IMG/VR virus record: IMGVR_UViG_3300006175_000011
Span: 3,017-67,016 of that record
Source of the DNA: a virus
Reading direction: 5' to 3' (one strand)
DNA length: 64,000 bases
How positions within the stretch are numbered: position 1 is the stretch's first letter; the number at the start of each line of letters is the position of its first letter. The position numbers and the translations under genes are program-made. The notes beneath the pieces were generated by a model. That model saw only the letters and a list, made by a program, of their open reading frames with translations. It was not told the DNA's origin and did no database searches. Shown in pieces: positions 35,148 to 44,662 of this stretch.

Positions 35148-36684
35148 TCGTGCTGCCGCCGGCGGAGGACGCGCCATCGCGCTTAACCCCAACAGTCTTA
35201 ATTTCGGCTACACCATCGGCGGTACTTATGGCAACAGCGGCCAGGGTGCCGCAGGGTTCTTCGGTCCCGGTCAGCCGATGTCGCCGCAGGCACCACCGGA
35301 AGTGGCGGGCCGAGCGTTCGATTTTCCCCAAGGTGTCAACCTCCTCACGTCGACTCGCCCCTACTCGCCGGTCACCTATGAGCAGTTGCGGTCATTCGCC
35401 GATGGCTATGATATCCTTCGCCTCATCATCGAGACGCGTAAGGATGCCATGGAACGTTTGCGTTGGGTTATCCAACCGAAGGACCCCAAGGAGAAGATCA
35501 CCCCGCAGCGCAAAAATAAAGTGAAGGCGCTGACCAAGTTCTTCATGAAGCCCGATGGTGAACACCACTGGAATGCTTGGCTTCGAATGATGCTTGAAGA
35601 CCTATTCGTGATCGACGCGGCGACTGTTCACCGTCGTCGCACTCGCGGCGGCAAGCTGATCGCCCTCGATCAGATCGACGGTGCCACAATGCGTCGTGTC
35701 CTCGACGACTGGGGTCGTACACCCGAAGGGGATGATGTTGTCTCATATCAGCAGATACTGAAGGGAATGCCGGCCGTCAACTACACGAACAAGGAAATCT
35801 TGTTCCGGCCGCGTAACCTTCGCATTCATAAGATCTACGGCTACTCGCCCGTCGAGCAGCTGCTGATGACAATCAATATCGGTCTTCGTCGTCAGATCTT
35901 CCAGCTTAATTTCTTCACGGAAGGCAACGTGCCGGCCGCGTTGATCGGTGTTCCCGAAACTTGGACACCCGACCAGATCCGCACATTTCAGGAATGGTTT
36001 GACGGTATCCTTGCCGGCAATCTCGCTGAAAGGCGTAAGGCACGGTTTGTTCCGAACGCCGTCGGCAATACTTATATACCCACGCAAGAGACTGAGCTTT
36101 TCGGTAAAGCTGAAGAGTGGCTTGCTCGCGTAGCTTGCTTCGCCTTCAACGTTTCGCCCCAGCCTTTTATTCAGATGATGAACCGAGCCACCGCGGATAC
36201 AGCTCAACGGGAAGCAGCTGCGAACGGTTTGGCTCCCATCCAGATGTGGGTGAAGGATCTTGTCGACTCCGTACTGTCCGAAGATCTGGATGCAGAGGAC
36301 TTCGAGTTTGTCTGGCGCGGCGACGATGAACTTGATCCAGTCAAACGTCAGCAGATCACCGCGGACAACGTTAAGATCGGTTTGCTTACTGTCAACGAAG
36401 GTCGAGTTGCTCAAGGCAATGAGCCCTACGATGATCCGATCTACGACAAGCCCATGTTTGTGACCTCGAATGGTCTCGCACCCTTGCTAAGTCCCGCACA
36501 GGGTACTCATGGTGTGGACAGTCAGGGTAACCCGGTTTCCAAGCCACAACCGGATCCCAATCCCGATGATGCGAGTCAGGAAGGGGATGATGTCGAAAAG
36601 ACACTCAACTCCCTTATCGCCAATGGGGATCAAGAAGCGTTGGCTGAATACCTGCGTAAGTTAAACAAGGAGCACTACTCATGA
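35140..36684 (+). CDS. Portal protein
   Basis: YGYSPVE, F.EGNVP, LTVNEGR; position after TerL. Confidence 0.9.
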   Translation: MADRAAAGGGRAIALNPNSLNFGYTIGGTYGNSGQGAAGFFGPGQPMSPQAPPEVAGRAFDFPQGVNLLTSTRPYSPVTYEQLRSFADGYDILRLIIETRKDAMERLRWVIQPKDPKEKITPQRKNKVKALTKFFMKPDGEHHWNAWLRMMLEDLFVIDAATVHRRRTRGGKLIALDQIDGATMRRVLDDWGRTPEGDDVVSYQQILKGMPAVNYTNKEILFRPRNLRIHKIYGYSPVEQLLMTINIGLRRQIFQLNFFTEGNVPAALIGVPETWTPDQIRTFQEWFDGILAGNLAERRKARFVPNAVGNTYIPTQETELFGKAEEWLARVACFAFNVSPQPFIQMMNRATADTAQREAAANGLAPIQMWVKDLVDSVLSEDLDAEDFEFVWRGDDELDPVKRQQITADNVKIGLLTVNEGRVAQGNEPYDDPIYDKPMFVTSNGLAPLLSPAQGTHGVDSQGNPVSKPQPDPNPDDASQEGDDVEKTLNSLIANGDQEALAEYLRKLNKEHYS

Positions 36685-38570
36685 GTAAGGCGAAGGCGCC
36701 GCGGGTATTCGTCCCGCTGACCAAAGTGGACGAGGAACAGCGCCTCGTCTACGGTCGTATCACCCAGGAAATTCTCGACAAGTCGGGCGAGGTCATGGAC
36801 TATGACTCGTCCAAGCCGCATTTCGAGAAGTGGTCAAACGAGATCAGTGAGGCCTCCGGCGGTTTGTCGAAGGGCAATGTCCGTGTTATGCACGGCCTGT
36901 CTGTCGCAGGCAAGTTGACCGATCTCTCGTTCGATGACGAGGACAAAGCAATCGACGTCTGTGCGAAGATCGTGGACGACGCCGAATGGCTCAAGGTTGT
37001 CGAGGGCTGCTATACGGGCTTCAGCGTCGGCGGCAAGTATGAGAAGCGTTGGACCGAGACGGCGAACGACAACAGCAAGATCAAGAAGTTCACTGCCGGC
37101 CCCAATGAGGTTTCGCTGGTCGATAACCCCTGCGTGCCGTCCGCGACCTTCGCAATGGTCAAGGCCGACGGCGCCGAAGAGCAGGTCGCTTTCAAGGTCG
37201 AGAATGACGACGACGTCTGGCCGTCTTTCTCGAAAGCTGATGCGGATGCTGCCGAAGCGGTCACCGAAGAACCCACCGAGCAACCGAAGACCGCCATCGA
37301 AAAGGCGATTGCTTCGGTTACTGTGGCCCCGACGAATGACGCCGTGGTTTCCCGTGCCGAGGAATTGGCCAAAGTTGCCAATGACGGGACGACGTGGATG
37401 ACCCACGTGGAAGCTGCCCGGGATCAGCTCGTGAAGGAAGCCAACGGGGGTTCAACCGATGAAAGCCAGAAAGACGGGGACAAATCCAAGAAAAAGAAAA
37501 CTGAAGCAGGATCGAGCGACGATGATGAGACTGCCGACGATGAGACCAACGAGGATGAAGTGGAGAAAACCACCCCTCCCGGCGTGAAGCAGGTGTGGAC
37601 GGCCAGCGACGGCGAAGTCTTCGAGAAGAAGGCCGACGCCGAAGCTCATGAGGCCAAGCTCAGCAAGGGTACCGCTCCGAAGACGGAAGCCGAGAAGCTT
37701 CGTGAACGTCTCGAGAAAGCAACCACGCCGGCAGAACCTGTGGTCGTTGTCGGCCTGTTCGAGGATTACGACCGACTCGAGAAGGTCTTCAATGCGCTGA
37801 CCACGCCGTGGGATGCCGAAGCGAGTTCGCCGAAACTCGAGAAGGGCATGTACTCGATCAATCGCTTCTCGAACGTGTTGTCCGACATGGCTTCATTGTC
37901 TCGATGCATCAAGGCTGAGGCAGCTCGTGAAGATGGCGACGAGGAAGACAAGGCCGTCAGCCAGGCACTGATCGATTGCGTCAAATCGCTCGGTACGTCG
38001 TTCCTCGACTACGCCAAGAACCAGATCGAGGAATTGCTCGCCGGCCAGGATGACGAAGTCCTTGTCTCAACCTACGACTATTACTATGCGGCAACCAAGG
38101 AAGACGGTGAAAACCAACTCGCCAAGGATGTCTGTTCGGTGATTGACGAAGGTCGCGAGTCCAGCCGTGATCGTCGCGAGGAACTGTCGAAGGCCTTCGG
38201 TTATGTCGAGGGGAATGAAGCAACGGAGGACGACGAGCTGTCGCCGCCGATGCAGAAGCGCTTCGATGAACTGACCGCACACAATGAGTCGCTGACCAAG
38301 GTTGCCACCGAGGCAGTCGAGAAGGTCGAGGAATTGACCAAGCGGATGCAGGTTATCGAGGACACTCCGCTGCCCCGGGCACCGAACCCGGCGAACATCG
38401 CCATGCGTCCCGGTGACGGTAGCTTCTTCGGCAAGGCCGCCGGCACTCAGGAAGAGAAGGTAGCAGTGTTGCATGACATGCTCAAGACTCATGGCCCTGA
38501 CGGACTTGCGCTTGAGCTCATCAAGGCATCACAGATGAACCCGCAGCAGATCATGCACCGCGGGCAATAA
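36681..38570 (+). CDS. Prohead protease fused to scaffold
   Basis: KVDEEQRLVYG, VMH, TGFSVGG, EVSLVDNP; long acidic coiled-coil C-terminus. Confidence 0.85.
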   Translation: MSKAKAPRVFVPLTKVDEEQRLVYGRITQEILDKSGEVMDYDSSKPHFEKWSNEISEASGGLSKGNVRVMHGLSVAGKLTDLSFDDEDKAIDVCAKIVDDAEWLKVVEGCYTGFSVGGKYEKRWTETANDNSKIKKFTAGPNEVSLVDNPCVPSATFAMVKADGAEEQVAFKVENDDDVWPSFSKADADAAEAVTEEPTEQPKTAIEKAIASVTVAPTNDAVVSRAEELAKVANDGTTWMTHVEAARDQLVKEANGGSTDESQKDGDKSKKKKTEAGSSDDDETADDETNEDEVEKTTPPGVKQVWTASDGEVFEKKADAEAHEAKLSKGTAPKTEAEKLRERLEKATTPAEPVVVVGLFEDYDRLEKVFNALTTPWDAEASSPKLEKGMYSINRFSNVLSDMASLSRCIKAEAAREDGDEEDKAVSQALIDCVKSLGTSFLDYAKNQIEELLAGQDDEVLVSTYDYYYAATKEDGENQLAKDVCSVIDEGRESSRDRREELSKAFGYVEGNEATEDDELSPPMQKRFDELTAHNESLTKVATEAVEKVEELTKRMQVIEDTPLPRAPNPANIAMRPGDGSFFGKAAGTQEEKVAVLHDMLKTHGPDGLALELIKASQMNPQQIMHRGQ

Positions 38571-38662
38571 GAGGCAACGAGGCAACCGGGGACGGGAGCC
38601 GACTTCACCCTTACCGGGGACGGTGAGGTTAACCACCAACTGCAAAAGAAAGTGAGTACAGT

Positions 38663-40174
38663 ATGCAGAATTTTCAGGAACAGGGCCTCGTTGCTGGCGC
38701 ATCGATGGATGCCCTGATGAAGGCGTTGGCAAGTTCGCCCGCGCTCACGGCGGAGACCAGCAACCTCCCCGATCTGGCCAAGTCGACGTTCTCGCAGTCG
38801 GGATCGGCAACCACCGGGTTGACGTTCTATGACCTCGAGGCCGGCGCAAAGATGCTCTATCCGGTTCTCACTCCGCTTCGGAATGAGATCCCCCGCGTTT
38901 CGGGCAAGGGCGGTATCCAGGCAAACTGGAAGGCCGTTACGGGCATCAATACCTCGGGCATCCGCGTCGGCGTTTCGGGCGGTAACCGCGGTGCGGTCAT
39001 GGCTGTTAGCGTTGCCGACTATGCGGCTGCCTACAAGGGCATCGGCATCGAAGACAACGTGGACTTCGAGGCGCAGTACGCCGGTCAGGGTTTCGCGGAC
39101 ATTCGTGCCCTCGCAGCCAAGGTCGGTCTCCAGGCGCTGATGCTCGCCGAAGAGATCCTGCTCCTCGGCGGTAACGGCACTCTCGCCCTCGGCACGACCC
39201 CGACGCCCAGCGTCTCGGTTGTTACGACCGGCGGTGCTCTGGCCGCCACGCAGTATGTCAATGTCGTCGCCCTCACCCTCGAGGGTTACCTGAACGCCTC
39301 GGTTACCGCGGGCATCCCGACCAGCGTGACGCGTACCAACGCGGACGCTTCGACGGACACCTTCGGCGGCGGATCCGCTCAGGTATCGGCTCAGGCCACT
39401 GCAACTGTCTCGTCGGGAACGACCAACTCGATCACCGCTACTGTGGCGGCCGTTCGGGGTGCCGTTGCTTACGCGTGGTTCTGGGGCTCATCGACTTCGA
39501 ACGGCGTGCTCGGGGCGATCACCACGAAGAATGCCTACACGATCACGGCGGCTGCTGCCGGAACTCAGACGTTGGCTTCTTTGCCCGCGTCGGACAACTC
39601 CGTCAACAACCTCGTCTTCGACGGTCTGCTCATCCAGGCGATGCGTTCGGGCAGCAATGCCTATTACAAGTCGCTCGACGGTGCATCGCTGACTGCCGAC
39701 GGCGCAGGCGGTATCGTGGAGATCGACGCGGCTCTCAAGAACCGCTGGGATCTCTACAAGCTGACTGCCGATACGATCTGGATCAGCTCCGATCTGGCTT
39801 TGTCCATCTCGCAGAAGATCCTGCAGGGCAACGCGAACGGCGCTTACCGCATCGTCGTCAACATGGAGCAGGGGATGATGGTCGGGGGCGTGATGGTCGC
39901 CACCTACCTGAACCGCTTCTCGATGGCCGGCGCGAACGTGGTGAAGATCCGCATCCACCCGAACATGCCACAGGGTATGATCCTGATGACCTCCAATACG
40001 ATCCCCTATCCGGTCTCCGGCGTCGGGAACGTGATGCAGGTCCGTACTCGTCAGGAATACTACCAGATCGAATGGCCGCTGCGCACTCGTAAGTACGAGT
40101 ACGGCGTCTACGCCGACGAGGTTCTGCAGCACTACTTCCCGCCGTCGATGTCCGTCATCGCGAACATCGGTTAA
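38663..40174 (+). CDS. Major capsid protein with central Thr/Ala-rich inserted domain
   Basis: Position, strong codon bias, YDLE..AK.LYP.LTPLRN; downstream hairpin. Confidence 0.85.
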   Translation: MQNFQEQGLVAGASMDALMKALASSPALTAETSNLPDLAKSTFSQSGSATTGLTFYDLEAGAKMLYPVLTPLRNEIPRVSGKGGIQANWKAVTGINTSGIRVGVSGGNRGAVMAVSVADYAAAYKGIGIEDNVDFEAQYAGQGFADIRALAAKVGLQALMLAEEILLLGGNGTLALGTTPTPSVSVVTTGGALAATQYVNVVALTLEGYLNASVTAGIPTSVTRTNADASTDTFGGGSAQVSAQATATVSSGTTNSITATVAAVRGAVAYAWFWGSSTSNGVLGAITTKNAYTITAAAAGTQTLASLPASDNSVNNLVFDGLLIQAMRSGSNAYYKSLDGASLTADGAGGIVEIDAALKNRWDLYKLTADTIWISSDLALSISQKILQGNANGAYRIVVNMEQGMMVGGVMVATYLNRFSMAGANVVKIRIHPNMPQGMILMTSNTIPYPVSGVGNVMQVRTRQEYYQIEWPLRTRKYEYGVYADEVLQHYFPPSMSVIANIG

Positions 40175-40238
40175 TGGGAACGGGGGGAGGCATTGCGCGG
40201 TGTCTCCTCCCACTCTCTGCGCGCACGGGAAAATAGTC

Positions 40239-40913
40239 ATGCCGGGAACCACGAAATTATGGGCGCCTCCCGAGATAGCGCCGGGATCGGACATTACCAC
40301 CGCATACGGTAACTATAAGGTGGGGAGCGACTCGACCGTGACTGTGGATAGTCGGGTGGTCACCACCCTACTCAACGCAGGGTATAATATGTCGGCCATG
40401 ACTCCTTACCCCATTGTTACGGGCGTCACCGAGGTCGCCATCGACGGTACCCATTCCACCTACTATGTTACTTCTGGAGGTACGGGGGGTCACGAGCCAC
40501 TTCGGCTAAACTTCCCTTTCTTGGACATCGGCGGCTTCGTCAATGCCCAGCTTATCGGCCTCAGAACAACCATCGTGTTGGTCAACCAACCGAACGGTTC
40601 GGACGTTGTCGATCTAACTGTGGGTCTCGGGGGCAACCTCAAGTCTTACATCGAGAACAACGTTCCTCTCGGTGTCGAAAGGGAAATCTCTGACATCCAA
40701 CTTGATTACGTTGGAGCTTTCGTCTGCTTAATGTGGGCTGGGGATCACTGGGCAATCGACATGGGACTCAGTCGTAACCAGTCGACATATACTCCGATCA
40801 ATCTTGCAGGTGACTGGAGCCAAATCCTTGTTCAGAACCTTCCCACGGCTGACCCCGGCGTTCTCGGCCAGCTGTGGAGCAATCTCGGCATTCTTTCCAT
40901 CAGCGCCGGGTAA
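40239..40913 (+). CDS. Virion structural protein (possible head decoration)
   Basis: Position after capsid; C-terminal LPTADP...GQLW. Confidence 0.55.
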   Translation: MPGTTKLWAPPEIAPGSDITTAYGNYKVGSDSTVTVDSRVVTTLLNAGYNMSAMTPYPIVTGVTEVAIDGTHSTYYVTSGGTGGHEPLRLNFPFLDIGGFVNAQLIGLRTTIVLVNQPNGSDVVDLTVGLGGNLKSYIENNVPLGVEREISDIQLDYVGAFVCLMWAGDHWAIDMGLSRNQSTYTPINLAGDWSQILVQNLPTADPGVLGQLWSNLGILSISAG

Positions 40914-40943
40914 TATCAACATCTATCTTGAAGGGACACAACG

Positions 40944-41240
40944 ATGACGAAGATTTTCATGCAAGCCCCGAAGGGGACCACGTCCGCGACCATCGAAGGT
41001 CACGAATACGAAATTCCCAAGAACGGGAAGATCGAAGTGAAATCCGACAACCATGTCGAGACACTGAAGCGCCACGGGTTCATCGAGACCGATCCCGACG
41101 GCGAGCCGGACTTCGACGGCATGGAAGACGGTGAACTCATCACCTACATCGAGGAACACGGCGGCGATGCCGATGACTCGATGAAGCGTCGCAAGCTGCT
41201 CCGCCTGGCGAACGAGGCTTACGAAGAGTCGAAGGGCTAA
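40944..41240 (+). CDS. Small head-associated protein with C-terminal HeH/Rho-N-like region
   Basis: DFDGM...EL..YI...GG...MKRRKLL. Confidence 0.55.
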   Translation: MTKIFMQAPKGTTSATIEGHEYEIPKNGKIEVKSDNHVETLKRHGFIETDPDGEPDFDGMEDGELITYIEEHGGDADDSMKRRKLLRLANEAYEESKG

Positions 41241-41243
41241 ACC

Positions 41244-42059
41244 GTGAAAACTGAGAGGCTGACAACACTTGCCGCCGTCAAGGATTGGCTGGACATCACG
41301 GGTGATGAGAGCGACAGCACTCTCACTCGCTTGATAGATGCGGCCTCTCAGTTTATCCTGAGCTGGACAAGCCGGGATAGCTTTCAATCTCAACCCTATA
41401 CCCAAACCTTTCGAGGCAATGGGAAACAGTCCACCCTTCTGAAGAATTGGCCGGTCCTTTCGGTCAGCTCTGTGGGTTTGGGTGGAATGTCTGTTTCTCC
41501 ATCTTCTGCATTCGTCAACGGCCTGCCTGGTCGCGGGTACTTCATTAGCGATCCTCGCGATGCACCACAGTCGCTTGAGCTGGTCGGCTATTGCTATACC
41601 TATCAATGCCTGTGTCAGGTAACCTATGTCGCGGGCTTTCGTACCTCACAGACTTCGGAGATCCCGGCACTAGCGGATGGAGCGACGTATGCAGTCATTG
41701 TTCCGAATAGTGGTGGCTGTTGGTCTAATGACCTTGGCGTCACTATCAATGGTATCGATGCGCCGCTGTCAGATACCGGCACTCCCGATGTCGGTCAGTA
41801 TGCCGTGGACGAGTGGGGCACCTACTCCTTCAATGCCGCCGACATAGGTCAAGTCGCAGTGATCTCTTACGACTATACTCCTTGGGTATTGTCGCAAGCA
41901 GCAACCGAACTGATCGGTGAGTGGTTCAAGCGGAAAGATCGTATTGGTCTCTTGTCGAAGACTTTGGGTGGTCAGGAAACCATCACTTTCTCGCAAAGGG
42001 ATATGAACGACTCCATCAAGTCGGCGTTGCAGCTTTACAGCAATGTGATACCTCTCTGA
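41244..42059 (+). CDS. Head-tail adaptor
   Basis: LTTLAAVKDWL..D..L.RLI.AAS; VTYVAGF. Confidence 0.8.
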   Translation: MKTERLTTLAAVKDWLDITGDESDSTLTRLIDAASQFILSWTSRDSFQSQPYTQTFRGNGKQSTLLKNWPVLSVSSVGLGGMSVSPSSAFVNGLPGRGYFISDPRDAPQSLELVGYCYTYQCLCQVTYVAGFRTSQTSEIPALADGATYAVIVPNSGGCWSNDLGVTINGIDAPLSDTGTPDVGQYAVDEWGTYSFNAADIGQVAVISYDYTPWVLSQAATELIGEWFKRKDRIGLLSKTLGGQETITFSQRDMNDSIKSALQLYSNVIPL

Positions 42060-42565
42060 TGGATGCTGACTTCCTCTATGTCGATCTCGTCGGAGATCGT
42101 GCTCTTACGAGAAACCTTGGTCAGATGCCCGACATTGTTCGGGAGATACTTCTGGCTAAGGTAGAGTCGTGGACAGCTGAACTTAAGCAGAAAGTCGAAG
42201 ATAACATCGCTGACCGCCTGCAGAAGAAAACGGGAAAATTAGCCGAGAGCGTTCAGATGGAAGTAACCTCTGACGGTGTGAAGGTTGATGGCCGTGTCTA
42301 TATCGCCGGCGTACCCTACGCACAGATACAGGAAGAAGGCGGGTTCACTCCCGCTCACGACATCTTTCCGAGAAACGGTAAGGTCCTTGCTTTCATGGCG
42401 GCGACGGGACACAAGGTGTTCGCGACCCATGTGTTTCATCCGGGCGGCCATATCCCCGGAAAGCACTTCATGAAGGATGCCTATCGCGAGATGGGCCCGA
42501 AGTTAAGTAAGGGTGTTAAGAACGCCGTCGTTCAAGGTATCCGCGAACATATGAGGTCGTCATGA
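42059..42565 (+). CDS. HK97 gp10-like tail completion protein
   Basis: TGKLAES, PYA.IQE.G, HPG..IP..FM. Confidence 0.75.
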   Translation: MDADFLYVDLVGDRALTRNLGQMPDIVREILLAKVESWTAELKQKVEDNIADRLQKKTGKLAESVQMEVTSDGVKVDGRVYIAGVPYAQIQEEGGFTPAHDIFPRNGKVLAFMAATGHKVFATHVFHPGGHIPGKHFMKDAYREMGPKLSKGVKNAVVQGIREHMRSS

Positions 42566-43041
42566 TCGACGAGGAAGCCATCTACTATGCCTTGGCCGAA
42601 CTCATGTCAACGGTTCGTTGGACTCGTGCGGGGGACACAACACCCAGCACCCGCAAGTTCGTCACGATCTCTCGACGGGTCAAGCTATTTGCGGATGTCG
42701 GTGCGAGCCAACAGCCCGCATGCTTCCAGGCAGAGTGGGCGTCCGACGAGCAGCAGACTAGCAATCTGCCCTATAAGACAACACTGATGGCCAACTGGAT
42801 TATCTATCAGTGTGTGGCGAACGACCCCAAGGGTATCGGCGCCATCGAGAATAACCTGATCCTCAAGGGAGTTCGCGCAGCCCTTGCGCCGAAGCCTAAC
42901 GACATTGGATTTTCAGACAAGCGAAATACTCTTAATGGTTTGGTGTACCATTGCTTTATTCAGGGACGACTGTTCCGTGACCCGGGCGACATCGATGGTC
43001 AGGGCATGTTGATCGTTCCTATTAAACTTTTGGTGCCATAA
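42562..43041 (+). CDS. Tail terminator-like protein
   Basis: Position; TL.GLV. Confidence 0.65.
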   Translation: MIDEEAIYYALAELMSTVRWTRAGDTTPSTRKFVTISRRVKLFADVGASQQPACFQAEWASDEQQTSNLPYKTTLMANWIIYQCVANDPKGIGAIENNLILKGVRAALAPKPNDIGFSDKRNTLNGLVYHCFIQGRLFRDPGDIDGQGMLIVPIKLLVP

Positions 43042-43132
43042 TGATTTTCACGGGCCCGGAGGCGGGGGATAACCTCAAATCTGTGAAAGCGGGGAATGAG
43101 CCCTGTGGGGTTAATAACAAGGAGCTTGAAGT

Positions 43133-43888
43133 ATGACTCAGTATGTCTTCGGCACCGGGCAGCTCTTTGCTATGCCCGTAGGCGGTGGTGCCCCGCTTCG
43201 TTTCGGCGCGTTGCAGGACGTGTCGGTGGATTTCAACGGCGACATCAAGCAGCTGTTCGGGCAGTATCAGTACGCGCTCGATACGGCTCGCGGCAAGACG
43301 AAGATCGAATGGAAAGCGTCGACCGGCAATATCGACATCGAGGCTTTCAATCAGCTCTTCTTCGGCGGCACGGTCGATACGGGTAACGAGCTGATCCAGG
43401 TGTTCAACGAAACGGGTACTGTCCCGGCGATGACCACCTATACGATCACCGTCGCCCATGCTGCCGACTTCGTGATGGACCTGGGCGTGAAGAAAGCGTC
43501 GGACGGTACGCCCATGAAGCAGGTCCCCTCGAGTCCGGCCGCCGGTGAATATAGTGTCAGCACCGGCGGTGTCTATACCTTCGCCGTTGCCGATGCGTCA
43601 CTTGCCGTCCTGATCGATTATATGTACGAGTCGTCTTCCACGGGCGGTTCGCTGGAACTGACCAACCAGCTGATGGGATCGACGCCTCGTTTCCAGATGG
43701 TGCTGTCGCAGGTGTACGAGGGCAAGACCTTCACCCTCATTCTGTACAGTAATACCGCCGAGAAGCTGTCGCTCCCGCTCAAGCAGGACGACTATCTGAT
43801 CGGGGAGATGTCGGGTCAGTCGTTCGCCGACGCCGCCAACCGCGTTGCTCGCATCACCACGACTTCGGTCACGGGCGGCGGCGCGTAA
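43133..43888 (+). CDS. Major tail protein
   Basis: Position, AAGGAG SD, codon bias, downstream terminator. Confidence 0.8.
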   Translation: MTQYVFGTGQLFAMPVGGGAPLRFGALQDVSVDFNGDIKQLFGQYQYALDTARGKTKIEWKASTGNIDIEAFNQLFFGGTVDTGNELIQVFNETGTVPAMTTYTITVAHAADFVMDLGVKKASDGTPMKQVPSSPAAGEYSVSTGGVYTFAVADASLAVLIDYMYESSSTGGSLELTNQLMGSTPRFQMVLSQVYEGKTFTLILYSNTAEKLSLPLKQDDYLIGEMSGQSFADAANRVARITTTSVTGGGA

Positions 43889-43905
43889 TAGTTGAACGCG
43901 AGCCT

Positions 43906-43937
43906 GTGGGAGGGATTTCGGTCTCTCCCACTTTTTC
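43906..43937 (+). terminator. Rho-independent terminator
   Basis: GTGGGAGGGAT-TTCG-GTCTCTCCCAC-TTTTT. Confidence 0.8.
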
Positions 43938-43958
43938 ATTCTATGAGAGGGACAACTC

Positions 43959-44414
43959 ATGGCTAAGATCAAAATCGGTGACCGGGATTATGTGATCCCC
44001 CCTTTGAACTTCATCGCGCTGGAACGCGCCTGGCCTTACATCGAGAAGGCTACGGTAACGATCCATCCCATCGATGGCCCTTCAGCCATTATTCGGGTGA
44101 TCGCCGCCGGCCTGATGGAGGACAACAACTTCGATCCCAAGCTCTTCGGCTGGACTCCGCCCGAGACCCCGAAAGACGCTGATGCGCTGGAGGTGTTGGC
44201 CACGCAGTTGCCGCCAAGCGACGAAGAGATCTTCGATGCGGTGACAATCTTCTTGAAGAAGAATTTGAAGTCTTCTCAGTTGCCCGAGCTCACTGCGACT
44301 CTCGATGAGATTACTGTGGAGGCTGGCCTGGTCGCCCCCGAGGGGGAAGCTCCGGCTCCGGTGGAGATGGAGATCGCTTCGCCGGAGACTGCAGCGAATA
44401 CATCGCAGAACTAA
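43959..44414 (+). CDS. Tail assembly chaperone (G)
   Basis: Between major tail protein and tape measure; slippery GGGGGAA at 44342-44348. Confidence 0.75.
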   Translation: MAKIKIGDRDYVIPPLNFIALERAWPYIEKATVTIHPIDGPSAIIRVIAAGLMEDNNFDPKLFGWTPPETPKDADALEVLATQLPPSDEEIFDAVTIFLKKNLKSSQLPELTATLDEITVEAGLVAPEGEAPAPVEMEIASPETAANTSQN

Positions 44415-44662
44415 TAGCCGCGGGGATTGAGGGCGGCAGTTGGGATACGATACGAAAGAAATGGGGGCTTGCCCGCTACAACGTGATGCTCGATTGGTGG
44501 GAGAATAACGGCCCACCCGTCTACGTCGCTGCTGCCGCTTATCTCGGTCTCATCAAGGCACCCGGTAAGAAAAAGAAAAACGGCAAAGTCGATGCATCCG
44601 CTGGTAAAGGCAATCTCGACGAATTGCTGAAGTTAGCTGGACCTGGCGGGATGATAAACTGA
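44342..44662 (+). CDS. -1 frameshift extension of the tail chaperone (GT)
   Basis: Open -1 frame GSSGSGGDGDRFAGDCSEYIAELIAAG...PPVYV...MIN ends at the TGA overlapping the tape measure ATG. Confidence 0.7.
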   Translation, partial: GGSSGSGGDGDRFAGDCSEYIAELIAAGIEGGSWDTIRKKWGLARYNVMLDWWENNGPPVYVAAAAYLGLIKAPGKKKKNGKVDASAGKGNLDELLKLAGPGGMIN

